The notes below the pieces were generated by a model that saw nothing but the letters and a program-made list of their open reading frames with translations, was not told where the DNA came from and made no database searches. The translations under genes were made by a program, and so were the position numbers. A stretch of 64,000 nt of DNA, taken from assembly GCA_050010755.1 (NCBI GenBank), contig JBEKKK010000001.1, positions 1,312,001-1,376,000 of the forward strand. The letters are read 5' to 3'. Positions 29,870 through 39,755 of this stretch are shown one piece after another; the stretch's first letter is position 1, and the number at the start of each line of letters is the position of its first letter. This stretch comes from Candidatus Bathyarchaeia archaeon. Its GTDB lineage: Archaea > Thermoproteota > Bathyarchaeia > Bathyarchaeales > Bathycorpusculaceae.

Positions 29870-30985
29870 GTGTCAACCGCCAAGCATCGGGGGCAAAATG
29901 CTTTGAAGATTCTTGAGATTAACACGAAGAAGGGTTTTGTTAAGGTTGCGCCCGAGACGATTGATGACTTTTGGCACCTGTACAACGTTATTTACAGGAA
30001 CGACAGGGTCTACGCTGGTACGACGAGAGAGATTAAGCTGGATGAGAAGTACGGTAGACCAAAGCGGGGGGAAAGAATCCCAGTTTTCCTCGGTGTCACC
30101 GTGGAGGACGTGGGTTGGGACCAGTTTTTGGGCAGGCTTAGAGTACACGGGGTAATCTGCGAAGCGCCGGAAACTGTGCCGACTGGTGCCCATCACACGC
30201 TGAACATCACGTTGAACACGCCCATTACAATTGTCAAGAAATCTTGGGCGAGGCATGAGATTGAGAGGTTGAAGAGGGCCAGCAGAACCTCAGAGCAACC
30301 GATAATCGTGGTTTCCATAGACGATGAAGGCTACCTCATAGCGACGACCGCCCAGTACGGAATCGAGGAGAGAGTTGATGAGAGAATAAAACTTCCCGGA
30401 AAACACGAAGCAGAGAGAAGAAGCGAAGCCACGAACGCGTATTTCAAACAAGTATTGAACAGTTTACGTCAAGTGTGGACGCCCATTCACAGTCCGATAG
30501 CAGTTATAGGGGTGGGTTTCGTCAAGAACGATTTTGCAAAGTATGTGAAGACCGAAGCGCCCGACGTTGCGGCTTCAGTGGCGGACGTGAAGAGCGTTAA
30601 CAACGGGGGCATGGCTGGAATTCATGAAGCGCTCCGTTCTGGAGTGTTGTTGAAAACCGTGGGAAATCTGCGCGTGGCCGAAGAAACGATGCTGGTCGAG
30701 GAAGTTTTGAAGCGGCTTGGAAAAGGAGAGGCAACAGTGACCTACGGTTTTGAAGAAGTCAAGCGTGCAGCGGAGCTCGGCGCCGTTGAGAAAATCCTGT
30801 TAACGGACAAGATGCTCCGCGAATCCGACGACGATAAACGGTTGCTGATAGAAGAAGTTATGGAAGCGGCTGAGAAGAAGGGCGGAGCAATAACCGTTGT
30901 AAGCACGGGGCACGAGGCAGGCACCCAGCTCAGCGGGCTCGGCGGCATAGCTGCACTCCTGCGTTTTCCATTGCATCTGGAGTGA
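29870..30985 (+). CDS. pelA: Pelota/Dom34 ribosome rescue factor
   Basis: PETIDDFWHL, RLRVHG, HHTL, GLGGIAALLRF. Confidence 0.95.
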   Translation: MSTAKHRGQNALKILEINTKKGFVKVAPETIDDFWHLYNVIYRNDRVYAGTTREIKLDEKYGRPKRGERIPVFLGVTVEDVGWDQFLGRLRVHGVICEAPETVPTGAHHTLNITLNTPITIVKKSWARHEIERLKRASRTSEQPIIVVSIDDEGYLIATTAQYGIEERVDERIKLPGKHEAERRSEATNAYFKQVLNSLRQVWTPIHSPIAVIGVGFVKNDFAKYVKTEAPDVAASVADVKSVNNGGMAGIHEALRSGVLLKTVGNLRVAEETMLVEEVLKRLGKGEATVTYGFEEVKRAAELGAVEKILLTDKMLRESDDDKRLLIEEVMEAAEKKGGAITVVSTGHEAGTQLSGLGGIAALLRFPLHLE

Positions 30986-31083
30986 GGCTGACGCTCACAG
31001 GCGCGTGCAAAGCACACTCTGAAAGAAAGGAATTCTACGAAAGCGGCTCTGAAGTTTCGGCTTTTTCAATGAGGAATGAATCC

Positions 31084-31638
31084 TCAATCTACGTCGCCTT
31101 TAATCTTCCTCACATTCGCCTTTTCTAGTGCTATTATTATGGGCATTGTTATTACAAGTGCCAGTGTTCCGCCAATAAGCGTCCATACCCCCCAAAAAGT
31201 CAGCCCATACAGCAGTCCTCCTCCCATGAAGAATATTATGATCAGTACGCCCGCAAGGTAGGAAGATACCATCGTTGCAATTGCTGTGATTGCCAAGCTG
31301 CTTTTTGTAATCCGGATTTTGTGATGGTTTGAAAGCATCAGCAGGTCAAAGACGACTGCTGAGCCTAAAAAGCAGAGTATCAGGTAAGGCGCTCCTAGGA
31401 GTATGGCAAATATCGTGCCTATTATGGCGGCCATCGTGCTGGTGCCGAACGTTCCAGTCACCCATGCCACGAGGAGCAGTGTGAAGAAAATTCCAAAGGC
31501 ATGCAGCACTGGGAGCCCGGTAAGGCTGAAACTGAGCGGGCCCAAAATCAAATTCACTGCAATCCAGAGTGCACAGAACATGCCTGTCAACGCTACATCT
31601 AAGCTTGTGAAGTAATACTTGTTTCCAGTTCTGTTCAT
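31084..31638 (-). CDS. Membrane protein, ECF S-component-like
   Basis: 5-6 TM, about 180 aa, divergent from nikR. Confidence 0.55.
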   Translation of the reverse strand: MNRTGNKYYFTSLDVALTGMFCALWIAVNLILGPLSFSLTGLPVLHAFGIFFTLLLVAWVTGTFGTSTMAAIIGTIFAILLGAPYLILCFLGSAVVFDLLMLSNHHKIRITKSSLAITAIATMVSSYLAGVLIIIFFMGGGLLYGLTFWGVWTLIGGTLALVITMPIIIALEKANVRKIKGDVD

Positions 31639-31641
31639 TCA

Positions 31642-31669
31642 GTAACACTTTTATGCGCAATAGTGACAC
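31642..31669. promoter_or_regulatory. Candidate NikR operator GTAACA-N16-TGACAC
   Basis: Imperfect palindrome with the 6-16-6 geometry of NikR sites, between divergent genes. Confidence 0.35.
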
Positions 31670-31720
31670 GTTAGTACATAAAAACTTTGGGCTCTCCCCG
31701 CGGAAGATGGTTGTGAGAGA

Positions 31721-32128
31721 ATGGCGAAAATCAAGCGTGCAGGCGTAACATTCCCTCCAGACCTGCTGAAAGATTTTGACGAAACCGTCAAAATGATGGG
31801 TTACAAGAATCGATCTAAGGCTGTTCAGGACGCAGTCAGAATGTTCGTAGCAGAGAGGAAGTCGCTTCAAAACGAAATCAAGGATCAAGCCGGGCTTATG
31901 ATGATGCTGTACGATCATGAAGCGAGGGGACTTGAAAATGCATTAACGCATGTGCAACACCATTTTGCAAACGTCATCTGCTCTTCAATGCACATTCACC
32001 TGAATGAAACAGACTGCCTGGAAGCAATAGCCGTAAAGGGCAAAGCTGCCGAAATTGGAGAACTGCGAAATCAGTTGGCTACAAAGAAAGGAGTCAAACT
32101 GTTCAAAGTGATGGTTTTCTCCGTCTGA
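31721..32128 (+). CDS. nikR: Nickel-responsive regulator NikR
   Basis: RHH N-terminus (GYKNRSKAVQDA), YDHE, QHH, HIHL...CLE. Confidence 0.92.
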   Translation: MAKIKRAGVTFPPDLLKDFDETVKMMGYKNRSKAVQDAVRMFVAERKSLQNEIKDQAGLMMMLYDHEARGLENALTHVQHHFANVICSSMHIHLNETDCLEAIAVKGKAAEIGELRNQLATKKGVKLFKVMVFSV

Positions 32129-32200
32129 CACGTTTAGCGGGCGCGGACAAGATTTATCAAAACCGGATTGAACAGAATTGTTCATTCGGAGAGGATTAAG

Positions 32201-32806
32201 ATGAGAGAAACCAAAGTTCTAGCTTCTGGTGAACTGTGCTTTGTTGGAAGGGCTGAAGACGCTTTTGAAAGGGCTTTGAAGGAGCAGATTAAGCTTCACG
32301 AAGGTGTGACCATAATGGACTTGCTGAAGTTTCTGTATCAATCGACTTTAGGGCCTTTTCATCTTTTTGATATGATGGACGAAACTCAGTTGAAGGAATG
32401 GATTAGAAAGAATCTTGAAGATGCGAGGCCTTCTGATGGGCCGCTCATGGAGAACCTGTATGGCAAAAAATGGGTCAGACTCAATTTCGGACCCTACAAA
32501 AAGAGATTTGGAAATGATTATCAAAGAATCTATGAGTTGTTTGGGGAAGCCAAGGGGATGAAGCACGGTCAGCTAAGAGAATACCAGGATCTCTTGAAGA
32601 AATTGTTCGGTGCGTTGGCAAGTGGAAAGATAAGGCCGAAGACGGATGAGCCGAATATTGTCCGCCCTTTTCAATCTTTTCTTAAAGAATATGAAGAGAA
32701 GAATTATCCGCCAATTCATCATTCGAAGAAGTACGTGCTGAAAAACGCCTCCGAATATCTTGTGGTACCTTGCTTGAGCATAGACAAGCTGGGCTGGCTT
32801 GTTTAG
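32201..32806 (+). CDS. Conserved hypothetical protein
   Basis: DLLKFLYQSTLGPFHL...YPPIHHS, a recurrent uncharacterised family. Confidence 0.7.
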   Translation: MRETKVLASGELCFVGRAEDAFERALKEQIKLHEGVTIMDLLKFLYQSTLGPFHLFDMMDETQLKEWIRKNLEDARPSDGPLMENLYGKKWVRLNFGPYKKRFGNDYQRIYELFGEAKGMKHGQLREYQDLLKKLFGALASGKIRPKTDEPNIVRPFQSFLKEYEEKNYPPIHHSKKYVLKNASEYLVVPCLSIDKLGWLV

Positions 32807-32931
32807 GGACGCATGCGGCCAATTTATAGACTAATGTGAAAAATTCGAGGATCATCGAGTCAATATGACTCTTATAGAAAGACATAAAGAAGGGGCGAAC
32901 TGGAGATAATTCGCCTCGTGCTAGGAGAAAC

Positions 32932-33363
32932 GTGTTGAAGCAAACGCAAGAAGACGCCACGATATCTGATGACTTGCTCAAACGTGCAGTTGAGTTTCAT
33001 GGGCACTTGGGTCCTTTTCTGGTCCTTGGTTTGAAGGCGGGGTTACTGGCGAATTCGCTGCTTGGGAAGGACTGTTTCGAGACTACGGCTGTCGTGGCAA
33101 CTGATCCTAATCCTCCGCACTCTTGTCTCGTTGACGGTGTCCAATTCGTTACTGGTTGCACGATGGGAAAAGGCAACATCAAAATTAAGAGAAGCAAGAG
33201 TATCTATGTGCTTTTTTTGAAGGGAGGCAGGAAACTCAAGCTCAAATTGATAAGGAACGTCTTGGGCACTATTCGAAACGCTTCTTCGCAAAAGGATTCC
33301 GAGAAGGTGGCACTTGAGCTTTTGAAAAAGCCGGCGCATGAACTATTTGTAATAGAGGAGTGA
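32932..33363 (+). CDS. FmdE family protein
   Basis: FHGHLGPFLVLG, SCLVDGVQFVTGCTMGKGN. Confidence 0.9.
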   Translation: MLKQTQEDATISDDLLKRAVEFHGHLGPFLVLGLKAGLLANSLLGKDCFETTAVVATDPNPPHSCLVDGVQFVTGCTMGKGNIKIKRSKSIYVLFLKGGRKLKLKLIRNVLGTIRNASSQKDSEKVALELLKKPAHELFVIEE

Positions 33364-33584
33364 TTGAAAACCAAGTGGCCCTCCTTGGTATTGCGCGCGG
33401 CTCAGCGCACGACTAACGGAATGATTTGCTTCTTGCATCACGACTTACAGCGTATCCCGCAGGGCGCGCGCGCTGAAATAATCGTTTTATAATTGCTGTG
33501 CTGTTGTTGAGTACCGTGAAACTGGTTTGGTTGTTTAAAAGGTGTTATATAAAGCCTTAGCATATTCTTGAGTACAGGTTTGAG

Positions 33585-34169
33585 ATGAATGAAATGAGCA
33601 AGAGAAAACCGACTATAAAGATTCAGAACATTGTTGCTTCGGCAGCGCTCAATCAGAGGATCAGCCTGAAGAAGATTGTTGAAAAGTTTCCGCACGCTGA
33701 GTACAGTCCAAAAGTGTTTCCGGGGCTAGTTTTCCGGTTGAAGAAGCCTAAGACGGCCACGTTGATTTTTGAAACGGGTAAGATGGTTTGCACGGGGGCG
33801 AAGTCGGAGAAGGAAGCGATTCAAGCTGTGAACAAGGTGACTAAGGAGCTGAAAACCCATGGAATACCAATCGACAATAAACCGGCTATCACCATTCAGA
33901 ACATTGTTGCTTCGGCGGAGCTGAACGGGGAAATAGACTTGGAGAACGTTGTTTACAAGCTGAAGAGAGTGATGTATGAACCTGAACAGTTTCCGGGAGC
34001 CGTTTACAGAATGGACGTACCGAAGGTCGTGTTTCTCATATTCTCGGCTGGAAAACTGGTGTGCGTGGGCGCCAAGAAAGAAGGAGACGTCTATGAAGCG
34101 GTCGGCAAGCTCCAGGCATTATTAGAAGAACAAGAACTCATTTTCTACCCAGAAGAGAAACCTGCCTAG
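33585..34169 (+). CDS. tbp: TATA-box binding protein
   Basis: Two repeats IQNIVASA...YxPxxFPG...LIFxxGKxVCxGAK. Confidence 0.97.
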   Translation: MNEMSKRKPTIKIQNIVASAALNQRISLKKIVEKFPHAEYSPKVFPGLVFRLKKPKTATLIFETGKMVCTGAKSEKEAIQAVNKVTKELKTHGIPIDNKPAITIQNIVASAELNGEIDLENVVYKLKRVMYEPEQFPGAVYRMDVPKVVFLIFSAGKLVCVGAKKEGDVYEAVGKLQALLEEQELIFYPEEKPA

Positions 34170-34334
34170 AACCAAAACAATCCATCCTGCAAATTCGAGT
34201 TCTATTGGTTTTGAAGGCTCAATTAGCCTTCTGTTTCAACGTTCAAGTCTTTTGTATGGTTCGAGGGTTTTGAACAAAATGTACTTTAGTTTTGTTGTGC
34301 CTTAGTGGTTTCACATGGGCACGTCAGGATATGA

Positions 34335-35285
34335 GTGGCTTTGACCGGTAACAGTGCCGTTTGCAGCGTGTGTAGCCGGAGGAAGGCATTTTTCTTCAGG
34401 TCCTACTCTGGGATGAGTCTCTGCAAGAGGTGCTTCACCGAGTCTATTGAGGAAAAGACGAGGGCAACGATTGCGAAGTATCAGATGTTCAGGTTCGATG
34501 ATACTATAGCAGTGGCCGTTTCAGGCGGAAAAGACAGCGTTAGCCTGCTGCAGGTCTTGGCGAAGATAGAGCTGAGACATCCCAAGGCTCGGCTCGTCGC
34601 CATAACGGTTGACGAGGGGATCAAGGGATACCGAGACGAGGCTTTGAAGATAGCCGCGGAAAACTGTGAGAAGCTGGATGTGGAGCATTATGTGGTCTCT
34701 TTCAAAGAACTTTTCGGCTACACCTTCGATCAGATGGTGAAACGTCTGAAGGGCAAGGACGGCGCGAAGCTTACGCCTTGCGCGTACTGCGGTGTCCTGC
34801 GGAGAAAAGCCTTGAACACCGCCGCGAGGAAACTCGGCGCGGACAAGCTTGCGACTGCCCACACTCTGGATGATGAGGTGCAGACGATGCTTCTGAACAT
34901 TCTCCATGGAGACGTTTTGCGGATAGCAAAGGAAAAACCTGTTACGGATGAGGTGCATCCGAAGTTTGTGCCTAGAATAAAGCCTTTCTGCGAGATTCCT
35001 GAGAGAGAAACTGCGCTGTACGCGTACGTCAAGGGAATAAGATTCCAGAGCACGCCCTGTCCCTACGCTTCAGAGGCTTTGAGAAACGATGCACGAGCGA
35101 TGCTTAACAGGATGGAGGAGAAGCATCCTGGGATAAAATTCACGATTTTCAAGTCGATAGAGAAGATCAGGCCGGCGATAGAGGAAACCGCGAAGAAGGA
35201 AGGGCTCCGTGAATGTATCGAATGCGGAGAACCGACGACAGAAAAAATCTGTAGAACGTGCCAGCTGCGGAAACTTTTGAAGTGA
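34335..35285 (+). CDS. tRNA 2-thiolation protein (NcsA/TtuA/Ctu1, TIGR00269-like)
   Basis: PP-loop SGGKDS, CAYCGVLRR, CPY, terminal Zn fingers. Confidence 0.9.
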   Translation: MALTGNSAVCSVCSRRKAFFFRSYSGMSLCKRCFTESIEEKTRATIAKYQMFRFDDTIAVAVSGGKDSVSLLQVLAKIELRHPKARLVAITVDEGIKGYRDEALKIAAENCEKLDVEHYVVSFKELFGYTFDQMVKRLKGKDGAKLTPCAYCGVLRRKALNTAARKLGADKLATAHTLDDEVQTMLLNILHGDVLRIAKEKPVTDEVHPKFVPRIKPFCEIPERETALYAYVKGIRFQSTPCPYASEALRNDARAMLNRMEEKHPGIKFTIFKSIEKIRPAIEETAKKEGLRECIECGEPTTEKICRTCQLRKLLK

Positions 35286-35303
35286 TTCGAACCCTTGGCT
35301 GAA

Positions 35304-35522
35304 TTACGACGTGTTGAGGCCTCTCTCTTTTGTTGCGGCTTCGGTTTTGAGTTTGCGCAGCATGACCGAGGCTTCGTTGGCGGTGCTGGCTGAAGCCAGT
35401 GTCAATGCCTTTTGAAGTAGGATTGTCAAGCCACAGTGTGGACATGCCCTTGTCTTTTGGTCAGCTTTGGCGAGTAGAAGGCCTCCGCATCTGCTGCAAA
35501 CAACTACTAGCGTTGTAGCCAT
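35304..35522 (-). CDS. DUF1922-like Zn-ribbon protein
   Basis: CSRCG...KTRACPHCG. Confidence 0.7.
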   Translation of the reverse strand: MATTLVVVCSRCGGLLLAKADQKTRACPHCGLTILLQKALTLASASTANEASVMLRKLKTEAATKERGLNTS

Positions 35523-35590
35523 CGATGTCACTGATCGAAAGCCTTTTCCACGTTCGACTAGATAACGCTTAGTACTGAGAGGAAAGGGGC

Positions 35591-35959
35591 ATGAGCGACG
35601 AGCAAGAGGCCAAATCGAAATCGGCGTCGAGTCTGGTGCAGGCGGCGGTGCATTATTTCAAGAAGGACGGTTACAAGGTTGAAACGGACGCCACGACGTT
35701 TGAGGGTTTCAGCGGGGTCTCGAAAGTTTTTGATTTGATTGTTCAGAAGGGACGGGTTGAGCAGGGCGTCTGGGTTAGAGATTGGAACAGGACCATAGGG
35801 GTCAACGTGATTATAAACATTGACAAGGCCTCTGAGGATGTGGGGCTGGCCAGTCCCATCATTGTGGGGGAAAAATTCAGCGATCACGCAAAGTCTTATG
35901 CTAACCGAAGGAAGATCACGTTGCTCACGAAAAGGCAGATAACTCAGAGCCTTCGGTGA
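35591..35959 (+). CDS. Restriction-endonuclease-fold (Mrr-like) small protein
   Basis: GFSGVSKVFDL...FSDHAKSYA. Confidence 0.65.
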   Translation: MSDEQEAKSKSASSLVQAAVHYFKKDGYKVETDATTFEGFSGVSKVFDLIVQKGRVEQGVWVRDWNRTIGVNVIINIDKASEDVGLASPIIVGEKFSDHAKSYANRRKITLLTKRQITQSLR

Positions 35960-35965
35960 ACAGGG

Positions 35966-36556
35966 CTAGATTCTTAGGAACTCGTCGAGCCGACCTTCTT
36001 TTTCCAGTTTGCCTAGCCAATCAACAACGCCTATGCGGCACTTGTTGGGATCGGAGATCACTTCTAGTATCGCTCCGACGATGTCTTCTCCGCTCTTTCC
36101 TGTGAGGTCTAATTCGCATGTTTTTCCGTTTCCCACCGCCTTTATGGCATCCACGAGACACACGTCTAAGATTTCAGAGGCCAGGTTCTCCGTCATCTTG
36201 GGTTCAGAAAAGCCGCGCCGTCTCATAAACTCCCGCAACTCGAGAGGATCGCGCCTGAGCACGAACACGAGCGTGACAAGATTCTTTGGGACTACGTTGA
36301 CGGCGTAGTGCCCATCGACCACGACGTTTTCCTTGTCTGTTTTTTTGATTAGCTCGCGAATTCTTCTTGTCATCTTCGATTGGTTCACTATGACGGTGTC
36401 TCTTCTCTCATCTCTTCCCGAGGTCAGATGTTCTCGCAGAGCCAGGTCCGTCAGGTTGATGTACAAGGCATCAAGCTTGGCTTCAAGCAGACGTGCCGCC
36501 GAAGTCTTTCCAACACACGGCGTTCCGGTTATCAGGATAACGCGTTTAGACATCAT
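35966..36556 (-). CDS. Adenylate kinase, AK6/Fap7 type
   Basis: ITGTPCVGKT, DGH, ENLASEILD. Confidence 0.9.
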   Translation of the reverse strand: MMSKRVILITGTPCVGKTSAARLLEAKLDALYINLTDLALREHLTSGRDERRDTVIVNQSKMTRRIRELIKKTDKENVVVDGHYAVNVVPKNLVTLVFVLRRDPLELREFMRRRGFSEPKMTENLASEILDVCLVDAIKAVGNGKTCELDLTGKSGEDIVGAILEVISDPNKCRIGVVDWLGKLEKEGRLDEFLRI

Positions 36557-36644
36557 CGAGCAAACCTCAACTCGCTCTATTGAAGCGTTGGGCAAAAAAG
36601 GGTTTCCAAAATTCTTATTGCACACCTGTGTGCACTTCTATCTT

Positions 36645-36964
36645 GGGCTGGCGAGTTGGTGTGTGGCTTTCGAGCCTAACATCTGAAAGGCTTGAGGAAA
36701 CTCCGCCCACGCGTAGAATTGCAACGCTCGAAAGGGCGTAAGGCGAGAGCCTTGGCTACGGAGCAGAAACGAAACGTCCGCTCGGCAAATGCCGATGACA
36801 CATGCTAAGTTGTCGAGAATGCCAAGCGTGAAACGGTGAAACGGCCGTCCTGCAAGTGGAAAGGGCAAACAGACGCTGATGAAGCATCTACCCGAAGCGC
36901 GGGTAGCCCGATTAGCCGAATGCCACAAAAAACAAAAGGCGGGTTACGGCCAACACGCCAGCCC
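36645..36964 (+). ncRNA. rnpB: RNase P RNA
   Basis: GAGGAAACTCCGCCC (P4 5'), TGAAACGGC, ACAAAAGGCGGGTTA (P4 3'), P1 GGGCTGGCG/CGCCAGCCC. Confidence 0.95.
36940..36963 (+). repeat. attL core CGGGTTACGGCCAACACGCCAGCC
   Basis: Identical to 45492-45515; part of rnpB. Confidence 0.92.
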
Positions 36965-36976
36965 AAAATAAACCCC

Positions 36977-38134
36977 TTGGACGTCATAAACAACAAAAGT
37001 TCCGTCATAAACAACAAAACCACCACCACAAACAGCCAAAATTCCGTCGTGAACAACATTACTTCCCCAGCCATAGAATATTGGCTCAACGAATTAGCCA
37101 CAAAAAGCGAAACAACCAAGGAACTCTACCTGAAAAACTTCAAGAAATTTCTAGAATTTACAAACAAAACAGCCGACGAACTACTAGAACAACGCCAAGA
37201 AAACCAAACCAGCACAAACCCAAAAATCCAACGACTAATCGAGAGTCAACTCATCAAGTTCATAGCCACCAAAAGGAACGAAGGATTGTCACCAGCAACA
37301 CTTCAAACATACTTCGCCTCAGTCCGCTCATTCTTTGAAATCCATTACTACCCGCTACGAATGAGGCGCGGAGACTACCCAAGTGGCGAAAGTTTAGGAG
37401 TCAAAGCAGCAAACAAAGAGAACATACTCAAAGCGATAGAAAACAAAGCTAACCGCAACAAAACCACCATAAAAGCCGCCATCCTATTCCTAAAAGACTC
37501 AGGCCTAAGAATCAGTGACGCACGACTATTCAACTATGGCGATGTGAAAGAACAACTAGAACGCGGAGACGAATTCATTGAACTAGCACGAATAACACAA
37601 AAACAAAAAACCATAGCGAAGCCATTCATAGGCCCCGAAGCAATCCACGCACTCAAAACCTACCTACAAGAAAGAGAGCACGGTTCTAGACGAGTCCCAC
37701 CCGAAAAACTAACAGACAAAAGTCCATTGTTCCGCACATGGGAATCAACCAAAATCCAACGAATCCCTCGCAACTCCTTCTCTTCACTCGTACGCCAAAC
37801 ATTCCTAAGAATCAACGCACAACACACCACCGCACACAGCCTGAGAAAATACCTCCAAACAAACTTGGAAGCCGCAGGCGTCAACACAAACTGGATAGAC
37901 CAAATCCTAGGTCACAAACTCATCAACAGCCGAGACGCATACAGCAAACCAACCGACGAACAACTGCGAGAAGCGTACACAAAAGCATACAAGTTCATAC
38001 AAGTCTATCCAGAGTTAGACACACCGAAACCACAAGCAAACACAACACAACTCGAGACTAACAAACCAACAATACCAACGCTACAAGAATTCCAATTCAC
38101 CGTAACAATAGAAGGAAAAGAATACAAATCATAG
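36977..38134 (+). CDS. Tyrosine recombinase/integrase (start TTG 36977 or GTG 37049)
   Basis: GLRISD (R), HSLRK (HxxR), LGH, DAY (Y); SAM-like N-terminus. Confidence 0.93.
   Translation: MDVINNKSSVINNKTTTTNSQNSVVNNITSPAIEYWLNELATKSETTKELYLKNFKKFLEFTNKTADELLEQRQENQTSTNPKIQRLIESQLIKFIATKRNEGLSPATLQTYFASVRSFFEIHYYPLRMRRGDYPSGESLGVKAANKENILKAIENKANRNKTTIKAAILFLKDSGLRISDARLFNYGDVKEQLERGDEFIELARITQKQKTIAKPFIGPEAIHALKTYLQEREHGSRRVPPEKLTDKSPLFRTWESTKIQRIPRNSFSSLVRQTFLRINAQHTTAHSLRKYLQTNLEAAGVNTNWIDQILGHKLINSRDAYSKPTDEQLREAYTKAYKFIQVYPELDTPKPQANTTQLETNKPTIPTLQEFQFTVTIEGKEYKS
36982..37058 (+). repeat. 21-bp-period repeats CGTCATAAACAACAAAA
   Basis: Exact at 36982 and 37003; degenerate at 37024 and 37045. 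Confidence 0.8.
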
Positions 38135-38148
38135 ACTAAAAGGGAGCG

Positions 38149-38583
38149 CTAAGACAATGGCTTGATTGAGAGCGCGACGTAGAAAGGATTCAAAGGGTTA
38201 GCGGAAGTCGTGTATATGGTTGTGACATTAAATTGTATTCCACCGTAAATAGAAGACTCTGAACCTACGTTATAAGATGCATTAAGATAAACTGGAAAAT
38301 TGAAAACGTTCTGGTTCTCAGGAAAAGCTGAATCATTAACGTATGAACTTGTTTCAACAGAAATCCAATTCGACTGGCCATACTGCCAATCGAAAGCATA
38401 GACTGTTCTTACGTTCTCTCTTTTATCAGTGTAAGAAGCAGGAACTCCAGAATAGACATTTAATTCAGTGTATCCTAGATTGGATTTTGAGAAGGGATGA
38501 GTAATTATTACACCAAGCAGGAATGCCACACATGCAATAACTATCACCCAAGCTATTATTCTGTTTCTATCCATCTTCCCCAA
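38149..38583 (-). CDS. Membrane-anchored hypothetical protein
   Basis: N-terminal TM, N/S/Y-rich ectodomain. Confidence 0.7.
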   Translation of the reverse strand: MGKMDRNRIIAWVIVIACVAFLLGVIITHPFSKSNLGYTELNVYSGVPASYTDKRENVRTVYAFDWQYGQSNWISVETSSYVNDSAFPENQNVFNFPVYLNASYNVGSESSIYGGIQFNVTTIYTTSANPLNPFYVALSIKPLS

Positions 38584-38731
38584 TTCATCAAGCTATGTCC
38601 TTTAAAATAAACCTTTCACCATCATTCAACAAGTACGGGCGTGAAGATAACTTCTTTTTGGCGCGCGCTAAATCATAGCTCAGACACAATAAATCGCTAA
38701 ACATATATTCCTATAATTAGACGTTTTAACC

Positions 38732-39544
38732 ATGACTGATAACGCTGCTGAGGCAATATTAGACGATATGGAGAAGCAAGGTTTCCCACTTGAGATACGA
38801 GTAACCGAGATGTTAAAAGCCCATGGTTGGAGTGTCTACAATCAAGAACCCTACTTTGACAGAAATACAAACAAACAGAGAACAATAGACATCGAAGGCA
38901 TAAGAAGCATTGACTTACCTAAAGGAGAATGGGTATTTCAGGTACGGCTCATTATAGAATGCAAAAAATGCAGTAAACCATGGGTATTTTATGTTTCTGA
39001 TATAAGTAGAGATGAAATAAGAAACGAGCTTCCCTTTTACACCAAAATTTACTCTGACAGCTCAAACCAATTAGATTTTCCTAAAAACCAAATCCAGACC
39101 GATGACTACGTCCCTCAAATCTTGTTCAAAAAAGAGCTTGAGCAACTTATTTTTGAAAAATTAGCGCGTATTGCATATGAACCCTTTACAGATGGCAAAG
39201 GAAACAGCATTCGTAGAGCACGAACACAAGTCTGCAACGCAATCATAGACCTTAAGCGAGATCTAGCTCAAAGTATGGGAGTGGAAATTCCACATTATAT
39301 GCTGTTTAAACCTATAATCATTCTTGACGGTCAATTATACACATATCAAGAAGAGAACCTCATTAAGAAAAAGGGACTCTACTATTACGTAAGATTTTAT
39401 GATGAAACATTCATCATCGAAGTGGTGACTATAGGTTTTCTCAACGAATACCTCACAAAAATTGAGAACAATATCAATAACTTTCTGAGAACACAAGAAG
39501 CGCGCACACTACAAGCGATAGAAACAAAAAAGGCAGCCAACTAG
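38732..39544 (+). CDS. PD-(D/E)XK-like nuclease-fold protein
   Basis: GFPLE...RTIDI...LIIECK. Confidence 0.65.
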   Translation: MTDNAAEAILDDMEKQGFPLEIRVTEMLKAHGWSVYNQEPYFDRNTNKQRTIDIEGIRSIDLPKGEWVFQVRLIIECKKCSKPWVFYVSDISRDEIRNELPFYTKIYSDSSNQLDFPKNQIQTDDYVPQILFKKELEQLIFEKLARIAYEPFTDGKGNSIRRARTQVCNAIIDLKRDLAQSMGVEIPHYMLFKPIIILDGQLYTYQEENLIKKKGLYYYVRFYDETFIIEVVTIGFLNEYLTKIENNINNFLRTQEARTLQAIETKKAAN

Positions 39545-39755
39545 AAAAGAAACAAAGCAACCAGCAGACCTGCTCAACTAACTTGCGAAAATGCTCACGG
39601 CCAAAGCATAAAACAACACTATCAACGCTCTAGCGCGGCTTTTGGCTCGCACTCGCTTCGCATCGTGCTCGCATCACCCACATTACGCGCGCCTAAGGAG
39701 CTCGTAGAAACGATTAAATAGGAAACAATTTAAGGTGAAATGGAGTGATAAAACC

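Noticed and set aside
33621-33916. Exact ~23-bp repeat ATTCAGAACATTGTTGCTTCGGC
   Set aside because: Explained by the two structural repeats of TBP
36836-36976. N-terminal extension of the integrase, or an SSV1-type split integrase
   Set aside because: The extension overlaps rnpB. In the reconstructed attP, the integrase frame hits a TGA at 45406 with no start codon in between, so no int(N) fragment is evident
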